NCBI RefSeq assembly: GCF_001194135.2
Contig: NC_069007.1
Location: 12,053,184 to 12,117,183, forward strand
DNA: 64,000 bases
Direction of reading: 5' to 3'
Source of the DNA: Octopus bimaculoides
Taxonomy: Eukaryota
The notes below the pieces were generated by a model, which made no database searches, was not told the origin of the DNA, and saw only the letters and a program-made list of their open reading frames with translations. Within the stretch, counting starts at the first letter, position 1; every line of letters begins with the position of its first letter. Below, in pieces: positions 1 through 12,146 of this stretch. A program made the translations under genes and the position numbers.

Positions 1-600
1 CTTCTCCCTTTGCCCCTCCCTCCCCTCTCCCTCTCCCTTTGCTCCTCCCCCTCCCTCCCTTTATCTGCCTTTAAGATCAGTCCCTCCTCACACTGCACCC
101 ATCCTCCTCCTCCCCACCACAGCCACCTCACCTCACCTCACCGCACGTCGCCATGGTTACCATCAACAAGAGTCAGGCTGATGGAAAATGCATAGCTCAC
201 TGGTCATCACAGCCATGCCTCTCTTCCTCTCTCTCTCTCTCTCACCGCCACCATCACCACCACCATTATCTCCATCATCCTCCACATTTGTAAACTTCAC
301 TACCTTTACCTTAATCATTGTTGGTAATCCCAGCATCAGCTTCATTCCTCTTCTCCATCACCATCATCTTTGCCTTCATCATCGCCACCACCTCCACCAT
401 TACATCTTTACCCTCTTCCCCACCACCACCACCATCTTCTTCATTGCTATCATTAACAGTACCACCACCACCACCACCATTGCTAGTATCACTACCATCA
501 TCATCACCATCTCTTCCTTCATCATCATCATCAGCAGCAGCAGCTCTGGCAATTCCATTGTTAGTGTTGATTTGTTTAGCCCCAGGTCAAACCCTGACTG
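1..600. repeat. Low-complexity CT-rich then (CAC/CAT)n trinucleotide tract
   Basis: Runs of caccac/catcat; the ORFs here are poly-T/H/S/P read-through. Confidence 0.9.
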
Positions 601-945
601 AGCTAACCTGTGATACAAAAGGTATTCCAACCATGGCCATCCCATCTTTTGTTTCAAGTATTGTGTATCTTGGACTATATCATCCTGTGTATCCAATTTT
701 AAAAGAGTTGTGTGTGATTTAAGGGAGATTTGACTGCTATTTCTGGTACATCACACTTTCATGTAAAGACTGCATTATTGTTTTTGTTGCTTCAGCTTTT
801 GTTTAGCCTCAGGTCAGCTCTGAGCCAGTAGACCTTTTGGTCAAAGATGATCGTCTTTTTTAAGGGAATCTAGAGCCAGTGTTTCCATATTTAAAACTGT
901 AGGCTATGAGTTGAGGGATATTTGACTGCTATTTCTAGCCAGTCT
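585..945 (-). mobile_element. Two degenerate copies of SINE-like family D (hallmark TAGAAATAGCAGCCAAATC, here reversed)
   Basis: gatttgactgctatttctgg/ctagc occurs twice; the same motif recurs at 23.7-24.3, 35.3-36.1, 36.8-36.9, 38.8-39.0, 51.7, 52.9 and 61.7 kb. Confidence 0.7.
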
Positions 946-1009
946 TCTTTGTTGTTGTTGTTACTGTCTTTGTTGTTACTGCAGATGATGCTGTTGCTTT
1001 GGTAGATTC

Positions 1010-2335
1010 GTTAGCAAACTGGACCTAATTCTTAGCTCTGAAACACTACATTCTGAGTTCAGATTCTGCCGAGGTCAACTTTACCTTTCATCTTGTCAGG
1101 GTCAATAAATTAAGTACCAGTTGTGTACTAGGGTCAATCTAATCAACTGGCCCCCTCTCCCAAAATTTCAGGCCTTGTGCCTAGAGTAGAAAACAATAAA
1201 ATAAATACCAGTTGTGAAATGGCGTTGATCTAATCGACTAGTCCTCTCCCGCCAAATATGAGGCTTTACCCCCCCAATAGAAAGGACTATTATTATTATT
1301 ATTATTATTATTAATATGGCGAGTTGGCAGAACTGTTAGCAGCTGGGCAAAATGCTAAGTGGCATTTCGTTCATACTTACATACTGAGTTCAAATTACAC
1401 CGAGATCAACTTTGCCTTTNNNNNNNNNNACTGAGTTCAAATTACACCGAGATCAACTTTGCCTTTCATCCTTTCGGGGTCGATAAATTAAGTACCAGTT
1501 GAGTACTGGGGTTGATGTAATCAATTATCCCCCACCCAACAAACTTCAGGCTTTGTGCCTATTGTAGAAAGGATCATCATCATCATCGTCATCGTCCACC
1601 CCTCCAATATTCAACTGGTACTTATTTCATTGAGCCCCCAAAAAATACAAGTCAAAGTTGGCCTCTATGGGATTTGAACTGTGAATGTCAAGATGGACGA
1701 AATGCTACGAAGCAGTTCTAAGCATTCTGCCTGGCGTGCTAACGATCCTGCCACCTTAATATTCTTTTATATTAAGAATTAAAGAGCATCAAGAGGACAT
1801 GAGAGGAGCAGACACAGTTTGATGTTGCAGCATGTTTCAAACCCCACCACCACCACTACTACCATAGTTCTTGTCACTACATGGGAAAGAAAAACAAAAG
1901 AAAGGGCTGACAGATTCATTAGCATGTCAGGCAAAATGCTTAGCAGCATTTATTTCATTTTTATGTTCTGAGTTCAAATTCCACCGAGGTTGACTTTACA
2001 TTCCATCCTTTCAGAGTTTGATGAAATAAGTACCATTTAGAAACTGGGCTTGATGGAATTGACTAGCACCCCACCCTCCCTCGAAATTGCTGGCCTTGTG
2101 CCAAAATTCAAAATCAATATTTTTTCTTATTTTGTGAGAGTCCTGAGCTGGCAGAGTTTAACAACGTTTAACAGCATTTCATGTCTTTACGTCCTGAGTT
2201 CAAATCCTATCACAGTCAATTTTGCCTTTCATCCTCTCAGGGCCAATGAAATAAGTACCAGCTGAACACTGGGATCAACGGAATCAATTAGACCCTTCCC
2301 CCGAAATTGCTGGCCTTGTGCCATCATTTAAAATC
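1010..2335. mobile_element. Cluster of family-A tRNA-derived SINEs (mostly +, one - copy at ~1600-1760)
   Basis: Head ggcgagctggcagaa...ttctgagttcaaattcc (Pol III A/B-box-like) and central cctttcatcctttcggggtcgataaattaagtaccag repeated; (TAT)n linkers. Confidence 0.85.
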
Positions 2336-2369
2336 ACTATCTTCTATTTGCTTGTTTTATGTGGTTGGT

Positions 2370-2730
2370 GGAGGTGCAATGGCCCAGTGATTAGGGTAGC
2401 GGACTCGCGGTCATAGGAGCATGGTTTCGATTCCCAGACAGGGCATTGCGAGTGTTTATTGAGTGAGAACACCTAAAGCTCCATGAGGCACCAGCAGGAG
2501 GTGGTGGCGAACCTTTCTTACACTCTTCCTTCCTGTTTCTGTTGTACCTGTATTTCAAAGGGCCAACTTTGTCACACTCTGTATCATGCTGAATTTCCCC
2601 GAGAACTACGTTAAGGGTACACGTGTCTGTGGAGTGCTCAGCCACTTGCACGTTAATTTCACGAGCAGGCTGTTCTGTTAATCAGATCAACTGGAACCCT
2701 CATCATCGTAACCGACGGAGTGCCACGATT
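2370..2730 (+). mobile_element. Family-E tRNA-derived SINE, near full length
   Basis: Head ggaggtgcaatggcccagtgattagggtagcggactcgcggtc...tttcgattccc; body matches copies at 28296 and 54062. Confidence 0.85.
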
Positions 2731-3450
2731 GTGTGGTTGAAGTATGGCTGTGGTCTGTGTATAACATGCAATGAAGTACAGATCCCTGGTTTTTGCCCTT
2801 TTTGTAGTTTATTGTGGTTTGTTGAGGAGAGATTGGGGACCCAACTCTGCAGTGTGAATGTTGTACTTGGTTTTATGCAGAGTAAATGCTAGGGTTTGTG
2901 TGTCGTGTACATCTGAGGTTTTAGAGTAGCTGGGCCATATTTCTGTTTGTTATAAGAGGTGACTGGAAGCGTTGGAACCAGGAACATCTCCGGTCATAAA
3001 GCAGAAAACACCTTACAAGTCATATCCAACTCATACTAGCTTGTAAAAAAGATAAAAATAAAAACGGGCATAAAAATCGATTAAAATAATGACAAATAAT
3101 TTGTGTGTCATATGCACGTGTGTTGTGTGTGTTACATTTGCACATGTTATGTTTCTTAGAAGCCACCGAGGAAAAAGAAAAACAAAATGCTATCAAATAC
3201 TCTCGGCTTTGACACATGTGACTTGGTTGTGTTTAATGTTCTCTGGTGTTACTGATAAGGAGAGAGAGAGAGAGTGTGTGTGTGTGTGTGTGTGTGTGTC
3301 TGTGTGTTGTTTTCTGTACAGGTGATACTTGAAGTCTGTTTGATGAGCTTCGGGAGGTTTCAAGGTTTATTAAAGTGGAGTTGAGGTTAGCTGTGTCTTG
3401 TGGCAGACTGTAAAGAACAGTGAGACAATGTTAATGTGAGCAGCAGCAGC

Positions 3451-3486
<36 letters not shown>

Positions 3487-3659
3487 AGTCTTATCTGTTA
3501 TTGGCAGAAGGCCCTAAGTATTTTAAGCAGTGGAATGCACAATTTCCTTGGGTCCATGAGGCCATCTGACTTCATGTGTTGGTGCCACGAATACAAGAAA
3601 TTCTTTGTATGTTTTGGAGAGGCGTTTAGAAGTTGTATAGTTCTATAGTTGTATATAGG

Positions 3660-4065
3660 TGCAGGAGTGGCTGGGTGGTAAGAAGCTTGCTTCCCAACCA
3701 CACACTTCCGGGTTCAGTCCCACTGCGTGGCACCTTGGGCAAGTGTCTTCTACTATAGCCTCGGGCTGATGAAAGCCCTCTGAGTGGATTTGATAGACGG
3801 AAACTGAAAGAAGCCCATTGTATATGTGTGTGTGTTTTTGTGTCTGTGTTTGTCTCCCCACCATTGCTTGACAACCGGTGTTGGTGTGTTTATGTCCCCA
3901 ATAACTTAGTGGTACAGCAAAAGAGAGCAGTAGAATAAGTACTAGGCTTACAAAGAATAAGTCCTGGGATCGATTTCTTTGACAAAAACCCCACTTCTAA
4001 GGCAGTGCTCCAGCATGGCCACAGTCAAATGACTGAAATGAGTAAAAGAAAGAATAAATGAAAAG
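3660..4065 (+). mobile_element. Family-B composite SINE (tRNA head, CORE-like segment, microsatellite spacer, LINE-like tail)
   Basis: ggagtggctgggtggtaagaagc...gggttcagtccc head; gcaccttgggcaagtgtctt resembles the CORE motif GTGACCTTGGGCAAGT; ends ggtgctccagcatggccacagtcaaatgactgaaa. Confidence 0.85.
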
Positions 4066-4247
4066 AAAGGAAGTTCTATAGTCACATGATGAAGAGGTAG
4101 ATTATTGTGACAAGGGAGGAACGTCTTGTGGAAACGGTTGCCCTTTGTCCATGGCATCGGTTCACAAACCTGGCAGATTGTCAGCCAAGATCTTGACCCT
4201 TCACAGTTCAGATTCCACTCTCAATGTAATACTTATTTATTCAAAAG

Positions 4248-4685
4248 GCAGCGAGCTGGCAGGAACATTAGCATGCCGGGCAAAATACTTAGTGGTATTT
4301 TGTTTGTCTTTATGTTCTGTGTTCAAATTCCACCAAGGTCGACTTTGCCTTCCATCCTTTCGGAGTTGATAAATTAAATACCAGTTGTGTACTGGGGTCG
4401 ATCTAATCACTTGGCCCCTCCTCCCCAGAAATTTCAGGCCCTGTGCCTAAAGTAGAAAAGAATATTAAAGGCTCGAGCTGGCAGGAACATTAGCATGCCG
4501 GGCGAAATGCTTAGCGGTATTTCATGTCTTTACATTCTGAGTTCAAATTCCACCAAGGTTGACTTTGCCTTCCATCCTTTCGGAGTTGATAAATTAAGTA
4601 CCAGTTGTGTACTGGGGTCGATCTAATCAACTGGCTCCCCCCTCCTTCAAAACTTCGGGCCTTGTACCTAGAGTAGAAAAGAATA
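4248..4685 (+). mobile_element. Two head-to-tail family-A SINEs
   Basis: Two near-identical units, each starting gcgagctggcaggaacattagcatgccggg and ending tagaaaagaatatt. Confidence 0.9.
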
Positions 4686-4689
4686 TTTA

Positions 4690-4880
4690 TTTATTCACAT
4701 TCTTTAAAATTAATCTTGTATTATCTTGTAGCTTGGATTTTTTTTGGAGATATGATTGTTTATTTTTAGAATGACATTGCAGAGAATGTGTGAGAGGCCT
4801 GATCTGGTTAGTTTCAGCATAAAACAGGTAGAATATTTGGGCTGGATATGGTCAGCTTATATGCTAAAGGGTAAAAGATG
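4690..4880. mobile_element. Probable piggyBac-type MITE, right end only
   Basis: Ends atgctaaagggtaaa, like the GGG-TTAA end of the MITEs at 21.0 and 41.2 kb; left TIR not found. Confidence 0.4.
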
Positions 4881-4989
4881 TTGACTTGAGTATGGGGGTT
4901 GGAGGTGGGGTGGGCAGGAAGGGAGCTGATGTCCATGATAGAATGGTGCTTCTGAAGGAAGGCATCTGAAAATGATTGAAATACACCGA

Positions 4990-5210
4990 ATGAATTAATA
5001 TTCTCTTCTACTCTAGGCACAAGGCCCAAAATTTGGGGAGAGGCGTGGGGGGGGGGGCAGTTGATTAGATCGACCCCAGTACGCTACTGGTACTCTGAAA
5101 GGATGAAAGGCAAAGTCGACCTTGGCTGAATTTGAACTCAGAACACAAAGACAGACAAAATACCGCTAAGTATTTTGCCTGGTGTGCAAACGTTTCTGCC
5201 AGCTCCGCAG
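4990..5210 (-). mobile_element. Family-A SINE
   Basis: Reverse complement of the family-A head and core (aaggatgaaaggcaaagtcgacc...gaatttgaactcagaa). Confidence 0.85.
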
Positions 5211-5279
5211 CCTCAGAATGAATTAATATTGAATGCAATAGGGCAGAGAGGGTAGTCATGGCTGGAAAGTCAGTTGAAA

Positions 5280-5287
5280 GACGACGC

Positions 5288-5321
<34 letters not shown>

Positions 5322-6018
5322 GCTGCTAAGCCCGTGTTGCTACAGACTTTTCTTGTTGTCAATGTTGCTCTTTTTTCCGTCGCTGCTCATCTAACTGTTG
5401 TTGTTGTTGTTGTTACGCCTATTGTTTTTGTTGTTCTTGCTGCAGTTCATTTATGTAGCTGCTGACCTTGCTGCTGCTGCTTTTGTTGTCTTGTTGTTGT
5501 TGTTGTTGTTGTTTCTGTCACTGCACATACTGACTGACACCACCACCACCACCACAACTACTGCTGCTGTTGCTGTTACTATTACTATTACTACCACTAC
5601 TACTACTACTGCTACTACTACCATCACCGCTGCTGCTGCTGCTGCTAATGTTGCATCATCGTTTCCACTGCCAAGGTTGATGTTGCAGTTAACAACTGCA
5701 CTCAACCACTACCACCACCACCACCACCACCACTACCCCTTGTCGGTATTTACTGTAACGAGAACAACAACAACAGTAGTAACAATAGTAACAGCAGCAG
5801 CTTTTACGGCAACAACAACAAATACTACCACCACCACCACCACCACTACTGCTACTGCTACTACTACTACTACAACAAACGCTACTACAACTTTTACTAC
5901 TATTACTACGACAACAACTACCACCACCACCACCACAACTACTACCATTACTGCTACCACCACCGCCACTACCATCCCTACTGCTACCACACCATCACCA
6001 CCACCACCACCCTTACAG

Positions 6019-6049
<31 letters not shown>

Positions 6050-6735
6050 CACCACTACTACTACCACTACTACCACCACCACCACTACTACCACTGCTGC
6101 TGCTACAGGTACCTCCACCACCACCATTACAGCTATTACTACTACTACTACCACTACTACTGCTACTACTACCATTACTACCACTCCTACTGCTGCTGCT
6201 GCTTACACCAACCTGCCACACAAGTTGGATATTCTTCCCCCCTATTGTCTCATAAACACCATCACTAACCAACACCTCAAACATACACCAATTCCTCCAC
6301 CACTCCCCCTCCCTCTCTCCATTTTTCTTTGTCTCACTCTGCTCTTTCTCTCTCACCGTTTTCGCCTTCCACTCTCTTTCCCCTCTCCCCTCCTCTTCCT
6401 TTCTCTCTCCCCATCTCTCTTCTGTCTCTTCCTCTCTCCTCTCCTTTCCCTCTCTCCCCTGTCTCTTCCCCTCCCGCCTCTCCCTCCTCCCTCTGTTTTT
6501 CTCTCTTTTCTTTCTCCTCTCCCTGCTCCTCCCCTTCTTTCCTGTTCTCCACACCAACAAGGATTTTTACTCACCTTTTGCTCATCGCATCAAACCTTGC
6601 AAAACAGACGGACAGGCTGGCAGACAGGCAGATAGAGTGAAAGAAAGAAAGAAGGAAAGAAAGAACGAACGGAAGAAAGGTAGACAGACTGACAGACACC
6701 GATAGGTAGAAGATAGATAGATAGACAGACAGAGT

Positions 6736-6773
<38 letters not shown>

Positions 6774-6829
6774 CAGGCAGATAGACAGACAGATAGACAG
6801 ATTNNNNNNNNNNGATAGACAGACAGAGT

Positions 6830-6867
<38 letters not shown>

Positions 6868-8455
6868 CAGGCAGATAGACAGACAGATAGACAGATTTTA
6901 GAAGCAGATGATGTGTTGAGAGTCTGCGAAGGGGGGGGATGGCTGATTGAGAAGGACAGTGTGGGAGAGGTGGGGGAGAAAGAGATGTAAAGACAATGAG
7001 ATTGGGAAAACTACTGCTACAGGTGAAAAAAAAAACCCCTTAGAACTGGAGAAATAGAGCGTATATGTGCGTATGCACGTGTTTATATGTGTATACACGT
7101 GTGTACATGCACGTGTGTATGCATGTACTAATGCATTATGTATGTCACTATAAGTGTATCTGTTGTACATCTGTAATTGTTAGTGCACCTTGTCTGTATT
7201 ATTGTACACCTGTCTGCATAAAGATGCATAGGTGAGCATCACTATGCATGTTTGTATTAAGATGCATCTATGTGTAACTGTGAAGTTGTATGCATGCATG
7301 TGTAAATGCATGTATGTGACTGTTCAGTGTGCGTGCATGTGTGTGCATGTGTATGTGTGTCTGAGAGCATGACTTTAGTGTATGTATGTGTATGTATATG
7401 TATGTGTATGTATATGTTTGTGTTTGTATCTGTTCATACATTTGTATATCTCTGTGTATGTCGTTGTGCATCTATCTGTACAGTTGCGTGTCACTGTGCA
7501 CCCACATACACACGCATGCATATGTGCATCTGTGCAACAGTGCTTGTGTATATGACATGCATGTGTGAACATGTGTGTTTGTGTGTTTCTATATGTGTAC
7601 ATTGTGTACGAGGTGTGTGCATGTGTGTATATACGTATGTACACAGATATGTGTATGCGTAACTGTGCATGTGCACCCTCGTGTCTACATATGTTTGTGT
7701 GCACGTGCATATATCTGTCTACACGTTCATGTATATCTATGCATGCATTTGTGCAGCAGTATCTATGTGCATCTGTATTTATGTTTGTGTTTCTGTGCAC
7801 ATGTAAATGTGTGTTTATATGTGTAGGGTGTGTGTGTGTGTGTGTGTAGTCGCAGAGATAACACTAATTGTCACAGTCTTCTGTAGCCTCTCACAATAAA
7901 CATAGCAGTCAATCACAGACATACCTTCATAGCAGGACTGTTGTTGTACATGTATGCACAAACGTATGTATACATATATATGTGTGTGTGTGTGTGTGAC
8001 GAGATAGAGGGGAGGGGAACTGGCAGCACGTGTATATTGCTATACATGTCCATACATATGTGTGCATGTATGCAAACATTTTATACACACATGTGTATAG
8101 ACAGGTAGACAGAAAGACTGATAGATAGATAGATAGGTAGGTAGGTAGATAGATAGATAGATAGATAGATAGGTAGGTAGGTAGGTAGGTAGGTAGGTAG
8201 GTAGGTAGGTAGGTAGGTAGGTAGGCAGAGTGATTGATTGATAGACAGCTAGACAGACTGGCAGGCAGACAGACAGACAGACTGACAGATAGATTGATAG
8301 ACAGACAGACTGACAGATAGATAGATAGACAGACAGGTGGGCTGGCAAGCAGGCAGATGGACAGACAGACTAACTGACAGACAGACTAACTGACAGACAG
8401 ATGGATGGATAGATGTGTGTATATGCATTAATATATATATATATATATATATATA
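5280..8455. repeat. Microsatellite field: (GTT)n, (ACT/ACC)n, CT-rich, (GATA/GACA)n, (TG/TATG)n, (GGTA)n
   Basis: Continuous simple repeats; overlapping ORFs up to 285 aa are homopolymeric. Confidence 0.9.
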
Positions 8456-8919
8456 NNNNNNNNNNNNNNNNNNNNNNNNNNNNNNNNNNNNNNNNNNNNN
8501 NNNNNNNNNNNNNNNNNNNNNNNNNNNNNNNNNNNNNNNNNNNNNNNNNNNNNNNNNNNNNNNNNNNNNNNNNNNNNNNNNNNNNNNNNNNNNNNNNNNN
8601 NNNNNNNNNNNNNNNNNNNNNNNNNNNNNNNNNNNNNNNNNNNNNNNNNNNNNNNNNNNNNNNNNNNNNNNNNNNNNNNNNNNNNNNNNNNNNNNNNNNN
8701 NNNNNNNNNNNNNNNNNNNNNNNNNNNNNNNNNNNNNNNNNNNNNNNNNNNNNNNNNNNNNNNNNNNNNNNNNNNNNNNNNNNNNNNNNNNNNNNNNNNN
8801 NNNNNNNNNNNNNNNNNNNNNNNNNNNNNNNNNNNNNNNNNNNNNNNNNNNNNNNNNNNNNNNNNNNNNNNNNNNNNNNNNNNNNNNNNNNNNNNNNNNN
8901 NNNNNNNNNNNNNNNNNNN

Positions 8920-9430
8920 ATATCATCATCATCATCATCATCATGGTTGTTTAACGTCCACTTTCCATGCTGGCATGGGTTGGACAGTTTGACTGAGGAC
9001 TGGTGAGCCAGATGGCTGCACCAGGCTACAATCTGATCTGGCAAAGTTTCTACAGCTGGATGCCCTTCCTAACGCCAACCACTCTGAGAGTGTAGTGAGT
9101 GCTTTTACGTGCCACTGACACGAGGGTCAGTCAGGCGGTTCTGGCAATGACCACGCTCAAAAGGTGTTTTTTACGTGCTACCTGCATGGGAGCGAGTCCA
9201 GCGGCACTGGCAACGACCACGCTTAATTGTTGTTTTTCACATGTCACTGGCACATGTGCTGGTAAGGCGACACTGGCAGCGATCACACTCGAATGGTGCT
9301 TTTCACATGCCACCGGGCATGGGAGCCAATCCGTGTCCCTGGCAACGATCATGCTCGGATGTGCTTTTAACATTCCACTGGCACGAGTGCCAATCAGGTG
9401 GTACAGTCATCGGCCACGTTAGCGATTTTG
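8920..9430 (-). mobile_element. Family-F element with RTE-like (GAT)n tail
   Basis: catcatcatc...tttaacgtccactttccatgctggcatgggttggac...cagctggatgcccttcctaacgccaacc; other copies at 18.9-19.2, 43.7, 44.5, 55.6, 56.2 and 58.9 kb. Confidence 0.8.
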
Positions 9431-9649
9431 AGAGGCGGGGACCGAAATCCTTCAAAGGGATGTCAAACCAGTATGTAATTCCTGATGAAAAATCTAATTT
9501 TTATTTCAAGAAGAGTCTTTCATTTTTTGGAATTACATAGACTCCAAAACAATTCATAGAATGTATATTGGTTCTGTACCAGCCTGGATTATAAATTAAG
9601 GATTGTCTACACCTACAATTTTTCCTTTCCTTATACTTCATATATATAT

Positions 9650-10110
9650 ATTCTTTTACTTGTTTCCATGATTTGACTATGGCCATGCTGGGGCTCTACC
9701 TTAAAGAGTTTTAGTTGAAGAAATCGGTGTCTGGACTTATTCTTTGCAAGCCTAGTACTTACTCTATCAGTCCCTTTTGCCAAACCACTACATTACAAGG
9801 ATATAAATACACCAAAATTGGTTGTTAAGTGATGGCAGGGGGAAAAACACAGACACACTTATACATATACATATATATATATATATATATACAACAGGCT
9901 TCTTTCAGTTTCCATCTACCAAATCTACTCACAAGGCTTTGGTCAACCCGACATTATTACAGAAGACGCTTGCCCAAAGTGCAACGCAATGAGACTGAAC
10001 CCAAAACCATGTGGTTGAGAGGCAAGCTTCTTAGCACACAGCCATGCCTATATACTTATGTGTGGCACTGAACCCAGAACCATTTGGTTGGTAAGCAAGC
10101 TACCACACAG
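9650..10110 (-). mobile_element. Family-B SINE plus partial head
   Basis: Reverse complement of the family-B tail, spacer and head; CpGs largely decayed. Confidence 0.8.
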
Positions 10111-10748
10111 CCGCTCCTGCGCTTATATATATATACACACACACAAACATACATATATATATATATACATACATGTATATATATCGAGAGAGAAGGAGAG
10201 AGATTGTTTGATGAGGTGGGGATCAGTTGTACAATGGACTGTATAATGGTCGAGTATTCCTTAGATTTGTACCCTTATAATTCTCAAGTAGAATCAGCAT
10301 AACAGTGTGTGACAAGACTGTACCTCATGAATCCCAAGTGCACTCAACCCAATTTTTTTTCACAAGGTACGGGTTGACCCATGCCTATAAAAAGAGACAT
10401 TTGCCCAAGATGCCATGCAGTAGGATTGAACCTGGACATTGTGATTGCAAAGCAAGCTTCTTAACCACTTAGCCATATGCTATGATGTATTAATTAAAAC
10501 AGAAAGGATGAGTTGATCACAGCTGGAACCTTTGGACTACTCAGTTTGGACAACCGTGGGCTAAACAACAACAGCATGAACGTTCTTTACATGGTTTAGT
10601 TAACGTACTAGAAATAGCACACTAATCCCTCTCTAGTTACAGTCAAATATTTTAGAAAATAAAGAACAAAAAAAAAACATCAGATATGGTTCTGGATGCG
10701 CTGTTTGTTGGAAAGGGACAGGATGATCACAGATTGAACACTCTAGAT

Positions 10749-10918
10749 CAGGGTCTCCAAAGTGGTTGATATCAACCCCTGGTGGGGGTCAATGGGACAA
10801 TTCAAGGGGTCGATAAATGCACATCTCCTTAATTATCATTATTAGTTATCTATTTTCTTGTACATGCCTGGGGAGTCAATGATTCTATGAAGATGGTCTA
10901 AAACGTTTGGGGACCTTG
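10749..10918. mobile_element. hAT-like MITE
   Basis: Imperfect TIRs cagggtctccaaa / tttggggaccttg; no matching 8-bp TSD seen. Confidence 0.5.
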
Positions 10919-11144
10919 CCAATCACTGCTGACCAATGGCTAAAGAACAACAATAGCCACAACAGTACCTAACTCAGTTATTCCCAAACTAAGAAATACA
11001 CGACCCCTTCACCAAAGTTAGTGTAATTCCATACCCACTCAATAGAACCTGCTTCAAATAATTCACCTTTCTTTGGCCTAACATTGGACAAATTCCCAAA
11101 GTATGCATTTATATTTATTTCATTAAACATAGGCACAGGTGTGA

Positions 11145-11520
11145 CTGTATGAGTAAGAAACTTGTCTTCCAGCTATGTGATCTAGGGTTCAGTTCCACTC
11201 TGTGGCACCTTGAGCATTTGTGTATTACAATAGCCCTGGGTTAACCTAAGCCTTGTGAGTAGATTTGGTAGACAGAAACTGAAGGAAACTTGTTGTACGT
11301 GTGTGTGTTTGTCCTCCACCACCACCTGACAACTAGTGCTGGTGTTTCTTTCCCACTCATTTAGTGGTTTGGCAAGAGAGATTGGTAGAATAAGTACCAG
11401 GCTTTTAAAGAAACAAATAAGTCCTGGGGTGGATTCGTTCGACTAAAAATCCTTCAAGGCAGTGCCCCAGCATGGCCACAGTGTAAGGGCTGAAACAAAT
11501 ATAAGATAAAAGATATGAGT
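11145..11520 (+). mobile_element. Family-B SINE
   Basis: Head, CORE-like segment and tail motifs as at 3660. Confidence 0.8.
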
Positions 11521-11760
11521 GTTGTGTACGTGTGTTCTCTTGTCTTGACATCATTCATTGGTTGTAGATGAGCAACATCATCATTGAAGCAAGTTCATTT
11601 GTTTCCAGTTTCCTGTGAAAACCATGTCTAGTTACGGGAAGATAATCCCTTGCCCTGGAAATGGGTGAGGGTCAGTGACAGCATGGGCACCCAGCTGTAA
11701 AAAAAATTCACCTCTACAAATTCCACGTGATGCATGCAAGTATGGAAGACTGCCTCTTTT

Positions 11761-12146
11761 CTAGTACCAAGTCCAGTGAGGGACCTTTTTGCAGGAGAAA
11801 CAGGTGTTGGCGATATAGAGATTGTTGTAGTGGCACAGGAAGAGTGGGCGATTGCCTTTGCCATTGGTGAATGGGTCGCTGAAGGTTGTGTCAATGGGTT
11901 GAATCTGGAGTGAGTCAGTCAAAGGAAGCCTGGTGGAAGAGGGTGTGGTAGCACTGAGATCCATCAGGATGACCATGATATCGTGGGAAGGGATTAAGCA
12001 AGATGTCCAGAGGCTTGACATCATCTTGGAGGATGCATAGGGGCTGGCTGGCATGGGGCCACCAGTGTTGGAGAGCACTAGTAGACTTAGATGGCTCTAC
12101 GCATGACGATGTCTCTGGGACCACTAACCAAGGATGACCCTAGCCC
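11761..12146 (+). pseudogene. RTE-clade LINE 3' remnant (degenerate RT C-terminus)
   Basis: Broken frame gives DLFAGETGVGDI...PSG*P*...WEGIKQDV...WRALVDLDGSTHD (stops at CGA>TGA sites); same terminus as the copy at 52025. Confidence 0.7.

Noticed and set aside
1385-1470. Direct repeat flanking a 10-N gap (likewise 6722-6895 and 15486-15830)
   Set aside because: Identical sequence on both sides of a gap is the usual signature of an unmerged contig overlap, not a biological duplication.
3340-3420. Acceptor-like sites on both strands (minus frame LPQDTANLNSTLINLETSRSSSNRLQ)
   Set aside because: Only a weak donor and no recognisable product; not enough support.
9472-9539. 11-bp inverted repeat enclosing CTGATGA
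   Set aside because: No GAAA, stem III or NUH in the right place, so it is not a hammerhead.
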